A stretch of 64,000 nucleotides of DNA from Octopus vulgaris (taxonomy: Eukaryota): positions 28,768,001 through 28,832,000 of the forward strand of contig OX597839.1 of assembly GCA_951406725.2 (NCBI GenBank). The letters are read 5' to 3'. Numbering within the stretch: the stretch's first letter is position 1; each line of letters opens with the position of its first letter. Of this stretch, positions 50,217-63,087 are shown piece by piece. A model generated the notes under the pieces. The model was given only the letters and a program-made list of their open reading frames with translations. It did no database searches and was not told the DNA's origin. A program made the translations under genes and the position numbers.

Positions 50217-50767
50217 ATATATATATTTTAAAATTAAGGATATTCTATTGTCTGTGGAGAGTCATTCTCTTTTGGGGCCTTATAATTTGACACACTCACC
50301 AATAAATTTTCCACTTATTTCTTTTTTATTTTTCTAAAATTTTCGTTGTGTCTTTACAACATTTTCAAGGCTATTGAAAAGGTTGTTAGGGTTAGGGTTT
50401 TGGTAATTGTCGTGTTTATGTTTAACTGATAACTCGACAGGGTGAACATACGAGAGGGAGATCTCTGCTATGTTCTCTCTCTCTCTCTCTCTAATACACA
50501 CACGGCATGCAAAGGAGTTTCATTTGGAGTAACTAGCTGTCTAGCCCGAGAATTTGTAACACTCATCGACAACAATTTAATTAAATCAGTTTCTGTATAA
50601 TCAAGCAAGGGCAATGGATTTCATAATGGTCCCTCGACCTGCTAGAAATAGCAGAGAAATCACCATAAAAGGGAAAAGAAGAAGTGGTCATAACTGGAAT
50701 GTCTTTTGACTATACTTCTGCTGGATCAAGACTGATCTGGAGCTAAACATCACTGTTGCCACCAGCA

Positions 50768-50980
50768 GCCGTCCAAGAATTTGGACCTGTAGCTCTCCAT
50801 TTCCAGCGACTTCGAGGGCCACCTCCCAGGGGTGTCGGGTGTCAACGAAGAGCCCTCGACTACAACAAGACGACCAATGTTTTTTTTTTTTTCCAAGGTG
50901 TGGGGTCTCCCGCTCCTAAGCCCTAGACCATCACCTAATCACCCTTACCTATCTTGTTGCTTAACAACAACAACAACAAC
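50768..50980 (+). mobile_element. Second copy of the short HDV-like-fold retroposon (no hAT insert)
   Basis: High identity to 11435-11575 plus 11803-11857; (AAC)n tail. Confidence 0.8.
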
Positions 50981-51391
50981 AGCAGCAGCACTACCACCAC
51001 CACCACCTTCCTCTTCTTCCTTCTCTGCACCATCATCACTACCACAAGCAACCACAGCACCATCACCGCCACCAGCACTGCTACCACTATCATCCTCTTC
51101 TCTTCATCATCATGAACACCTCCACCATCAACAGCACCACCATTGCTATTACCACCACCACCACTGCTACCACCACCACTACCACCATCAACATCATCAC
51201 CTCTCATGACCGCTCCCCCCCCCCACCACAACTTGTCTGTCGATGCGTTACCTTGTATAAACCTGGTATAAATATACACAAGCGAAGACTAAAAATCCAT
51301 CTCTGGAGCTAAATTTAAATAGATTCTGGTTTTAGTAACTGTCTGACCGTCCTTCCACATGTTTACCATGTTTCTTGCCTGATATATATGT

Positions 51392-51440
<49 letters not shown>

Positions 51441-51686
51441 TACATATATATATATACATACATATATATACATATATACATATATATATACATATATACA
51501 TATATATACATATATACATACATATATATATATATATATACATACATACATATATATATATACTTACATACATACATACATGCATACATACATACATGCA
51601 TACATACATACATATACATACATATATATATACTTACATACATACATACATATATATATATATACATACATACATACATACATACG

Positions 51687-51718
<32 letters not shown>

Positions 51719-51974
51719 TATATACACACACACATTTAAATCTATATATACATATATGAATATTATATATATAGAAATAGAGAAAGATAGATAGATAGAT
51801 AGACAGAGACAGACAGAGAGAGAGAGAGAGAGATGTGTATGTATGTATATATGTATGTATGTCAACTAGCATAGATATGTCAGGAATGGATTATTCAGGT
51901 GGGTGAATAGAATGGAAGACGTATATAAATATATTAAACATACACACATATGCATACTATTAAGTGTGTGTGTA

Positions 51975-52011
<37 letters not shown>

Positions 52012-52906
52012 TATTAATAAAAAGAGATCAGGAATTGGTTAAAATCTCTGGATTTAGCGCTTTCATCCATTTCGGTGTAAATGGTTTTTGTCCAAATACA
52101 GACAACTTTTCTCTCTTTATATAAACTGTGCAGGATTTCAAACGATTTATCTATAAAAACACACACATAAGCACACAGCATGTTTTTCAAATACCATCTT
52201 GAAAACACCAGTTACATTGCTTCATTTCCACATGAAACTTAGAGTTATAATAGATATGCTAAAAGGGATGGTGTCACTTTGTATATACACATACACACAC
52301 ACACACAATATATACACACACAGCTATATACTATATACATGCATATATATACATATATATGTGTATATATATATATATACATATATATGTGTATATATAT
52401 ACACACACACACCTCCACAAAACGATCATAGAAAGTATGACCCCAAATGACATTTGTCCGGCCAGCCTACCCACAACACACACTCAGTGACACCAGAATA
52501 GACAGAGAACCAAAATTCTTAGAAAATCATAGGGGGTCCAGCAGGCCAACGGAAATACTTCTTCTTCCCTCTCAGATACAAACGCACACACACACACACA
52601 CACACACATACACACACACACATACACATACACACATGTTCTCTGTCACTTCCTCCTCACCCTCTTATACTGTCTTATTCCTCCCCACTGCTACGAAACT
52701 CTATAAAATGTTCAAATTCCCCACAAAGGAATTGATTTGATTTGAAAACCCCACTGGATTGGGAGAAAGCGCTAATAATCCGAATGATATGATCTGAATG
52801 ATATGATAGATATATATGTAAAAAATGTAATATATAAATAAATATCTATAAATATGAACCATCCGATCTGATTACATCATTTTTTCTAATATATATATAT
52901 ATATAC

Positions 52907-53284
52907 ATTCTAATGCCAAATATGCCTAAAAAAAGACAAAAATTGTCAATAAACATTATCATTTATGCGTCTCGAAACAAGCCAATAGAAATTTCTAAAA
53001 AATCCGTTATTTCCGTATTGGTCCCAATTTCGGGGTTAATTCATAAGAATTTTCCCCACTTCAGCGATAAATACGTGGGATATAAGTGAAATACTTACCC
53101 ATACCCATTCCTTCCACGTATTTATCGCTGAAGAGGGGAAAATTCTTATGAATTAACCCCGAAATTCGACCAATACGGTAATAACGGATGTTTTAGAAAT
53201 TTCTATCGGCTTGTTTCGAGACGCATAAATTATAATGTTTATTGACAATTTTTGTCTTTTTTTCGGCATATTTAGCATTAGAAT
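52907..53284. repeat. Near-perfect ~170-bp inverted repeat (35-nt spacer) with a hammerhead-like core in each arm
   Basis: Arms 52907-53078 and 53114-53284; CTGAAGA(53128)-gggg...cccc-GAAA. Confidence 0.9.
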
Positions 53285-53511
53285 TTTTCTTTTGCCCTTA
53301 TTTTGTAAATTATTTATGAATTTAACCTTTAAAGGTATTTTTTGATATGCTGGCCATTGATAAAAAATTTGATCCTACATTAGTTATATATCACGTGATC
53401 ACGTGACCGACCAGACCATCAGTTGTTACACATCGCTGGTCACAATGCATTCGCACTGTTTTAGCCTTCGAATGACGCCACCCCGCTGGCTAAGCGAGCA
53501 GGCCACATTAG

Positions 53512-53564
<53 letters not shown>

Positions 53565-53662
53565 ATCCAAACAAGAAAACACAAAAAAACAAAAAAAAAC
53601 ACAACCCGAGGACGTGGAACAAATAAAGTATTATTGGACGCTCAGGAAAGAAGGGAAGATAT

Positions 53663-53948
53663 AGTGGTTGTGTGGTAAGTAGCTTGCTTACCAACCACAT
53701 GGTTCCGGGTTCAGTCCCACTGCATGGCACTTTGAGCAAGTGTGTTTGTCCCCCCCCCCACATCGCTTGACAACAGATGGTGGTGTGTTTACATCCTTGT
53801 AACTTGGCGGTTCAGCAAAAGAGACCAATAGAATAAGTACTAGGCTTACAAAGAATAAGTCCTGTGGTCAGTTTGCTCGACTAAAGGCGGTGCTCCAGCA
53901 TGGCCGCAGTCAAATGACTGAAACAAGTAAAAGAGTAAAGAGTAAGAG
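53663..53948 (+). mobile_element. SINE family A, internally deleted
   Basis: Head joined directly to gtgtttgtccccccc. Confidence 0.85.
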
Positions 53949-53954
53949 TATATA

Positions 53955-54942
53955 TAACGGGAAGCTTTATGAAAATAAACAAAAGACGAAGACAGGTGGA
54001 ATACAAACAAACAATTGTATTAGTATGGCGCTCAGGAATATAAATAAAACAAGTCTTTTATATTTCGAGCCTACGCTCTTCAACAGAAAGATACACGTAA
54101 AATTATATAGGGTGGCGAATATTTTTAGAAATTTCCCCACCAGTGGCCTAGCATGTATAAAAAATTAGGTATAACTGTAAAAAAATAACAAGGTAAAAGT
54201 TTTTTTATTTTTCATTCCCTTTGAAAATTGCTCTTAAATGTGGTTTTGGTCGTTTTGACTGCTTCTTCTAGCGTGTAAAAATTACCTGTTAAAGTTAGTT
54301 TTCTCTTGTGTTTAACTGTACACTATTTTATATATATATATATATATATAAGAATGTAAATATATATATATATATATATATATTCAAGAATGGAAGGCAG
54401 TAAATAAAGACTATGTATGTTTCAAAGCTAAACACAGTGTGTCAGCTACGAAACAAATGTAGTCTTTATTTCCCCGTTACCATTTCTTATGTTCTTGGAT
54501 TTTTGTTTGCATATTTGGCAGTCTTCGTTGCTAAACTATGAGTCGTACGGTGACTGTCAGCTTGACGAAATTTCCATTGGTTTCAATATGGGATGAATTG
54601 TATAACATACAACTTTTATTAAGCTCTCTTCCTAGAATGTTGTCCAGTTCTTGTCATGTATACTAGCTGTGTACATGCTAGAAGCTTATTAACTTCCTAT
54701 ACCAGAATCGCTCAGTTTGCAGTATGCTTTCAATCTATCTATCTATCTATTCGCCATGATAGATCGCAAGTCACTACGCATTCTTTATTTTCTCTCCTTG
54801 TTTCTCTCTGTGTTCCTTTCTGTGGAAGAGCGTAGGCTCGAAACGTGAAAGACTTTTTCACTTCACGAGTGTTAAACTAGTACATCTGTTTGTTGTCTAC
54901 ACCACCTGTCTTCGTCTTTTGTTTATTGTGAATTCTCTCTCA
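53955..54942. mobile_element. Inverted pair of hammerhead-bearing short elements (53955-54095 on -, ~54765-54942 on +)
   Basis: cttt-CTGT(T/G)GA-a-gagc-gtag-gctc-GAAA-(TA/CG)-T(A/G)-aaag in both. Confidence 0.7.
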
Positions 54943-55038
54943 ATATATATATATATAAATATATATACTGGAGTAAACTCATAAATGTGAAACAAGGTGG
55001 AAAAAAGAGTACTCAAATACCAGAGGTAGAGTAATATG

Positions 55039-55225
55039 CTTTATTTAAAAGCAGCAGAAATTTAACAAAAGCTGTTACTCGTTTCACGGACAGTTTTGTT
55101 AAAATAGAACCGAGATGACAATCCTATCAAGACATCTTGGTTCTATTTTAACAAAACTGTCCGACGAAGGGGAACGTGAAACTCCGAGTAACAACTTTTG
55201 TTAAATTTCTGCTGCTTTAAATAAA

Positions 55226-55226
<1 letters not shown>
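55039..55226. repeat. Fold-back element with a hammerhead-like core in the right arm
   Basis: ctttattt..gcagcagaaatttaacaaaag...aaatagaacc / ggttctattt...cttttgttaaatttctgctgc..aaataaag; ctgt-CCGACGA...GAAA-CTCCGAG-TA-aca. Confidence 0.8.
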
Positions 55227-55271
<45 letters not shown>

Positions 55272-56177
55272 AGAGAAGAGAGAGAGAGAGAGATTATTTG
55301 AATGTTTATTGACTGCTTTCAACAGAAATAATGAGTTTGCTATGCAAAAGTGCCACTCGAGAAGGAAGTCTAGACAGAACTTAAATAATTTTTATTATGC
55401 AAAGATACATATGTAACGAGTATTTATATATACGTATATATACATATATATTAACTACATTTATCGTTCTTTTTCTCCGTCTACCTATCTATCGATCGAT
55501 CTGTGTGTCTACATACATTCATACATATAAAAACGCATACAAATGAATACATTCGCATATACATATATGCATACATACATATATATGCACATTATATACA
55601 TACATATTATACATACATACATATATACATTCATGCATACATTTAAATATACATACATACATACATGCATCCATATAAAAACGCATACAAATGAATACAT
55701 TCGCATATACATATATGCATACATACATATATATGCACATTATATACATACATACATATATACATTCATGAATACATTTAAATATACATACATACATGCA
55801 CACATACATACATACATACATACATGAATGCATGCATCCATCCATACATACATACATATACATACACACATACATACGTACATACATACATGTTACGTAT
55901 GTACGTATACGTGATAATTTCAACAGAAACTGATTTCGAAATCAAAAGTTGCTTGCTCTTTCTCGCCTTCCACCCGACATATTGTCTCAAACACACACAC
56001 ACGCTTACACACACACACACACACACACACTTTCTCTCTCTCTTGTCTTCTTCACAGTCTAAGCCGGTTAATTTAGGATTGTGTTACATCTAACTTGGCT
56101 GAACTTCGTTTGTGTTATTCGTCTTCGCAGGGTGAAAAGACGAATGGAAAAGATCAACGATTATAACGCGTCTTGCA

Positions 56178-56216
<39 letters not shown>

Positions 56217-56353
56217 CATACACACACACACACACACAACATACACACATACATACATACACATTAATTTTAACTCCACAGTGATGCATTATATACAACC
56301 GTACACTTATACCTCAGTGTATTAGCATATATATATATATATACACGTCTCTC

Positions 56354-56406
<53 letters not shown>

Positions 56407-56801
56407 TGTATATACGCACACATGTATGTATATACACACATGCATTCAGGTATATATGTGTATACATCTATGTATATATATATGCACACACAGATACGAA
56501 GTCATTCACCTCCTCCATACACATACTCTCTACAAGCCTATCACATACATACACATTCATACATACACACAACTTAATGGTAAGGGTCGCGAGATCGAGT
56601 GACAGATAAGTCGGAGGGGTCATCTTAACGCATTATGCGTTATAAGCAAATTCGACGAACAAAACACCCAACACACAGAGGGAAGATAAAGAAGTTACTG
56701 AAAGAAATAATAATAAAAAAAATAAATAATAATAATAATAATGACGATGATGATGATGATGATGATTAATAATGATGATGATGATGATGATGATAATAAT
56801 A

Positions 56802-56851
<50 letters not shown>

Positions 56852-56980
56852 AATAATAATTAATGATGATGATGATGATGATGATTAATAATGATAATAA
56901 TAATAATAATAATAGGTATAAAGAAAAAAGTCAAGATGAGAGAAAAGAAAAACTTGGGTGAAACAAATGGTATCTAATAT

Positions 56981-57075
56981 TTGACGTCATCGTTCAGGAA
57001 TTCGTGAGCAGCCGAGGTAACGACAGCCCCGTAAATTCCGGCTCGTTAGAAACTTCTTATATACTTCCGTCTGAC
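56981..57075. promoter_or_regulatory. Possible promoter/enhancer island (full CRE TGACGTCA at 56982, ETS-like ACTTCCG)
   Basis: Motifs in a CpG-rich unique patch; motif evidence only. Confidence 0.25.
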
Positions 57076-57404
57076 TGCTCTAAGAATAAAAGACGAGGTG
57101 GATCTTGTGCCGTGTACGAGTGTATATATATATATGTGTGTGTGTGTATTTGAGTATGCATATACATATATCTATATATATCTATATCTATCTATATAGA
57201 TATATATATATAGATATAAGTATATGTGTATAACCCTTATACGCTTGCATATACATTGTATATAATATATATATATATATATATTTCACCCGTCTTAAAA
57301 ATAGAATCAGCCGACTGCCACACACACACACACACATCACACAAAAGAATAAACTGTGGGCCAGTGCATAAGCGGGTAGGAGTGCGGGTACGACTGCCGT
57401 ATCC

Positions 57405-57444
<40 letters not shown>

Positions 57445-57639
57445 ATATGAATAGGCACGTAGTCGGGTATGTGTGTGTTTGTGTTGGGGTAGGGTAGAGT
57501 GATGAATAGGTCGGAAATACGAGTGAGGAAGGAAACGTGAAGACATGGGAGGAAAGGTGAAGGGTGTCCCTAATTAGAGAGGGTTGTTGTGTGTTTGTAT
57601 AAGTTTATGAATGACTTTCAAATACATGTGTGTGCGTGC

Positions 57640-57689
<50 letters not shown>

Positions 57690-57980
57690 AATCTCTCTCT
57701 CTCTCTCTGCCTCTTTCCTTCTCTTCATTCCTCTCTCTTTCTCTTTCTACTACTTTAACTCTCTTTCGTACGTACACATACACGTTCACGGCATGTGTAT
57801 GTGTATGTATGTGTGTATGTATGTGTGTGTATGTATGTGTGTGTGTGTATGTATGTGTGTGTGTACATATACATAGGCATACACACACATATATACGTGT
57901 GCATATATCTGTGTGTGTGTGTGTGCGTAGCCATAGTTTTGCAAGTATGTGCATATATATACATGTATATACATAGTATG

Positions 57981-58021
<41 letters not shown>

Positions 58022-58439
58022 CTTTATTTTTAATATTGTCAATATATGTGTGTGTACTTAATACGCACACACATACACTTCTGCATACATACATTTATAT
58101 ACTTACACACACACACACACATATGCGGAAGAATGGTCTGTAAGATTCTTTAGTAAATTGGGTAACGGTGAAAAAAATATAAAATAAAATCAAAGAAAAA
58201 GAAAAAGAAAAACAAGCTGAAATAAGAAAAGAAGAAAAGAAGAGGAAGAAAAAAGCAAAAGAAAAATAAGTTAAAGAAATAAACAGGAAATAATGAATAA
58301 ATAGAAATAAAGAAGAAAAAATTCCACATGCCAAAATGGTTTGTTTGAAGAAAACTATTCCTGTATGGAGAGGAAAACAGCTTCGAGATCAACGCCAAAT
58401 GTGGAGAAATCTTAACCATTTTATCTGAAGCCAGAGTTC

Positions 58440-58667
58440 TATCTTCTTCAGCAGATATTAGTAAGGCTATAATGAAGTAATTTGTACTTATAAACATATA
58501 GAGGTACATATATACTACACAGATTCGTACCTACGTACCTACGTATGTACATACATACATACATACATGTATATATACATACATACATATATACATACAT
58601 ACGTACATACATACGTATATACATACATACGTACGTACGTACGTACATACATACATACATACATACA

Positions 58668-58701
<34 letters not shown>

Positions 58702-59860
58702 CATACGCACGTACATACATACATACATATATACATACGTACGTACGTACATACATACATATATACATACATACGTACGTACATACGTACATACATACAT
58801 ATATACGTACGTACATACATGCGTACATACATACATACATATATACATAAATATATACACACATAAATATATACATACATATACATACATACATATACAT
58901 ACATACATATACATACATACATGCATACACATATACATGTATACATATATATATACATCATACATACATACATATATACATACGTACGGGCACTAGTGTA
59001 CCTAGAGTGTGCCGTCCGGGGCAGCCCTTTCGTTTGCCGCCTCCGGATCCCACGAAAACCATATATTGCCTACAGCAGACCCAAAAGTAGTGCCCCTTTG
59101 AAAGTGACACCGGACCAAACGCTTAGCATTTCGTCCGTGTTTACGCCCCGAATTCGACATTGCCGTTCATCATTTCCGAGGTCGATAAAATAAGTACTGG
59201 TTGAACACTGGGGCCAATGTAATCGATTGGTCCCCAAGGTGGCGAGCTGGCAGAAACGTTAGCACGCCGGGCGTAATGCTTAGCGGTATTTCACCTGCCG
59301 CTGCGTTGTGAGTTCAAATTCCGTCGAGGTCGACTTTGCCTTTCATCCTTTCGGGGTCGATTAAATAAGTACCAGTTACGCACTGGGGTCGATATAATCG
59401 ACTTCATCCGTTTGTCTGTCCTTGTTTGTCCTCTCTGTGTTTAGCCCCTTGTGGGTAGTAAAGAAATAGGTATTTCGTCTGTCTTTATATTCTGAGTTCA
59501 AATTCCGCCGAGGTCGACTTTGACTTTCATCCTTTCGGGGTCGATAAATTAAGTACCGGTTGCGTGCTGGGTCGATCTAATCGACTGGCCCCCTCCCCCA
59601 AAATTTTGGTCTTTGTGTTTAGAGTAGAAAATAATGTAACTAACTGGTCCCCTATCCTGAAATCCCTGGTCTTGTGCTAAAATTTCCTACCAATATGTAT
59701 GAACGTACGTACGTATGTATGTATGTGTGTGTGTACGTACGTACGAATCAGTGTATTATATGTACCTCTATATGCTTATAAGTACAAATTACTTCACATA
59801 GGCTTACTAATATCTGCTGCAGTAGATAGCACACGAAACAGCTGTCAGCTAGTTGTCATT
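58440..59860. repeat. Inverted ~110-bp arms (58440-58550 and 59710-59830) enclosing (TACA)n and SINE B copies (~59120-59690)
   Basis: cagcagatattagtaag..tgaagtaatttgtacttata..catatagaggtacatat..gattcgtac and its reverse complement; right arm continues GAAA-CAGCTG-TC. Confidence 0.8.
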
Positions 59861-59937
59861 AGTTCATAATTAATTAATAATTCTATTAACTACCTCTCCA
59901 TTTCCCCCCTATTCTTTAAATATATATATATACATAC

Positions 59938-59978
<41 letters not shown>

Positions 59979-60092
59979 CGAACCACGGTTTATATGGTTA
60001 CCTGACAGTTGATCTTTCTATACATTGGTAACTAACCAGTATTTTCTTTTGCTTTATGATCACTTAATGAGGTTTATTACCTTTACTCGATT

Positions 60093-60495
60093 AGTGGCTG
60101 TGTGGTAAGTAGCTTGCTTACGAACCACATGGTTCTGGGTTCAGTCCCACTGCGTGGCACCTTGGGCAAGTGTCTTCTACTATAGCCTCGGGCCGACCAA
60201 AGCCTTGTGAGTGGATTTGGTAGACGGAAACTGAAAGAAGCCCGTCGTATATATGTATATATATATATATATGTATGTATGTGTGTGTATATGTTTGTGT
60301 GTCTGTGTTTGTCCCCCTAGCATTGCTTGACAACTGATGCTGGTGTGTTTACGTACCCGTAACTTATCAGTTCGGCAAAAGAGACCAATAGAATAAGTAC
60401 TAGGCTTACAAAGAATAAGTCCTGGGGTCGATTTGTTCGACTAAAGGTGGTGCTCCAGCATGGCCACAGTCAAATGACTGAAACAAATAAAAGAG
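60093..60495 (+). mobile_element. SINE family A, near full length
   Basis: Near consensus. Confidence 0.92.
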
Positions 60496-60499
60496 TATG

Positions 60500-60545
<46 letters not shown>

Positions 60546-60893
60546 GGGTAAACAAATTTTCAAATCAATGAGGTGTAACCCTACAATGTTATATGCATCT
60601 CCATATCGTACTTTAGGGTCTTATTTATCGTATATTTATATATTTATCTAAGTATCTAATAAAAGTCAATATTCAATTTTGGGGGGATTAATCGATATGC
60701 GGGTATTCTATTTCAGATAATACAAAAATAACCTAATGTGTATATCTGACAGTAAACTCATGGTATCCATTTGCACATCATGTAATAACACTTGAAGGAT
60801 ATAACCTAAATTACCAGCTATATAATGTACTTCATTAATTATATCATACTTTAGTTAATACTTATATTTATTCCTTCGTATTTAATAAATAAA

Positions 60894-60966
<73 letters not shown>

Positions 60967-60968
<2 letters not shown>

Positions 60969-61488
60969 GTAAATCCTCGAGTATAATCTGCATTTCCCCC
61001 CCCCAAAAAAAAAAAAATTTAAAGGTCAAAATCCCCACTGCGTATTAAAAACGAGGTTAAAAATGAAAGATATTTTCTAAGCAATGTTCAAGTCTCTATT
61101 TGCTGTCCGGCAATGTTTATTCAGGAGCATTTTCTGATATCGGGCGCGAAAATACCTTAAGCTAAGCCTGAAAGCAATGAAGTCATCCATAACTTGCAGT
61201 AAGTAACATTTATTAAAATAAAAGTATTCAGACCACAGAATAACATGTAACAAAAACAGTTTGCAAACATATTTACATTCCCATATAATAGTTAAGAACA
61301 TCACCATTATTGTATTATGCATGCATGGAAGTGTTTGTTCGACTAGGCGCTGCTGGCTTAATTTCGCACGACTCAAGTTAGAGAAGGAGTGTGTATTGTA
61401 CACAAGGTTTAGGTTTTTCAGAGATATAGCCCCCTAAAAATCCCCTGCGTATTATACTCAAGGGCGGACTATACGCGAGGATTTACGG
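60967..61488. mobile_element. Tc1/pogo-type non-autonomous element
   Basis: TIR ccgtaaatcctcgagtata / tatacgcgaggatttacgg; TA on the left (TG on the right); subterminal aaaatcccc..tgcgtatta repeats. Confidence 0.8.
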
Positions 61489-62015
61489 TGTACACACACA
61501 CACACTAGACATAAGTTTCATAAACTACAAAATATAAGTATCCACACTACCACACTCAAAACGTACCTGTTATAACTGTTTGCCTTGATTTGAATGTACG
61601 TGAAGGTATTTAGAATGCCCAAAACTTATTTATGGAAATATGCTAAACACTGATGCTGATCAGAGTTCAATCAATAAGTATAGGAGCGAGGTAAATGCAT
61701 TAAAAACAGAGGGTCAGTAGAAATTGAACCTCCTTACGATACTCCCTGGGAGTTGATGGTCTGAAATTCATTGTCATTGTACCGATTTAGTCGCCAATGC
61801 CATATATCTAGTTTAAAATGCAGTAAAAATAGGGTCGGGGCCAGTGGGTCCCCAATTAGGCAACCCTTAATAATCTGCACCCCGCCCCCTTAGGACATTC
61901 CCTGGGATTAGAGAGTTGCTGGTTTGGGTTTCGTTGTCCTTGCACCAACATTCTAGGAGGAGTTAACGAACAGAGAAACATCACTCAAATTTATAATAGT
62001 ATATAAATATATATA

Positions 62016-62560
62016 TACAAGAGCCAAACGCCCCCCCCCGTCCAATGGACGGTGCTGAGTTGTCAAACATTTAAACCAAATTTTCTCAAAACAACTTGTC
62101 CAACTGTCCCATAGGCCTCCCCTTTGAGAAACTGATTTAACCTTAAATTTGAGACACCAGCGAAAGAAGAATTTTTTTTCTATTCCAAAGGAAAACGATT
62201 TTATTCACACAAATACGCAACCGAAGAGTTTAAAGTACCAGTAATGATAAGGCTGTTGACTGGGAGAACACAAACATGGTTTAAACTGTAAGCTTGGCAG
62301 GGAAGAAACGTGCCATTAAGCAGTACAAAAACAACAAAAATAGAAGGTGCAGTTATGTACAGGTTGACAGAAGAAAAGGAGGACAAAAACGGCTTTATCG
62401 ATCGCATTCTCACCTGGAATCGATTTTTGTAATTTTTTCAAGACTTATACACGCCCTGATACCGTCGGTATCTACATATCAAATTTGAGCGCAACGGATG
62501 GAGGGTACCCGAGATCCTAGAAGACACACACGCAGACAGACGGAACGGATTTTATATAAT
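62016..62560. mobile_element. Helitron-like non-autonomous element (same layout as 34482-34880)
   Basis: Hairpin ccgtccaatggacgg near one end; acagacagacg...ttttatata at the other. Confidence 0.45.
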
Positions 62561-63087
62561 ACATTAAGAAGGAAAATAGCGTGATGAATTTGTTTTATTA
62601 CATAATCCTACCATTGCTTCAAAGTTATTTTAACTGAAGAGTATTGTTACATTATTTATTATATAACATTGAAACAAAGCCTTTCCTCCGTATTGTTATA
62701 CAATTACTGCTGCAAGAGAATCGCTTCAAGAGGTTTGTGTAAATCACGTCAAAACGAATTACTCGGTCCATTCTCCTTCTTAAATATTTATGTAAACAAG
62801 CGCGGTGAGCTTGGCAGAATCGCTAGCACGTTGTTCGACATGTTTAGCGGCCTTTCGTTCTGGTTGCAAATGCCGCCGAGGTCGGCTTTGCTTTTCATCC
62901 TTTCGGGATCGATAAAATAAAGTACCAATTGGGCAATGTGGTCGATGTAATCGACATCATATCTGAAACCAAATTTCATATAAAACTCTACGAATTTTGA
63001 CATATATTATTAGTAAAACTAGCCGTTTCCTTTGCGTGATTGTATCTGACAGTCGATATCAGGTAGAAACCGGATGCATAATATACG

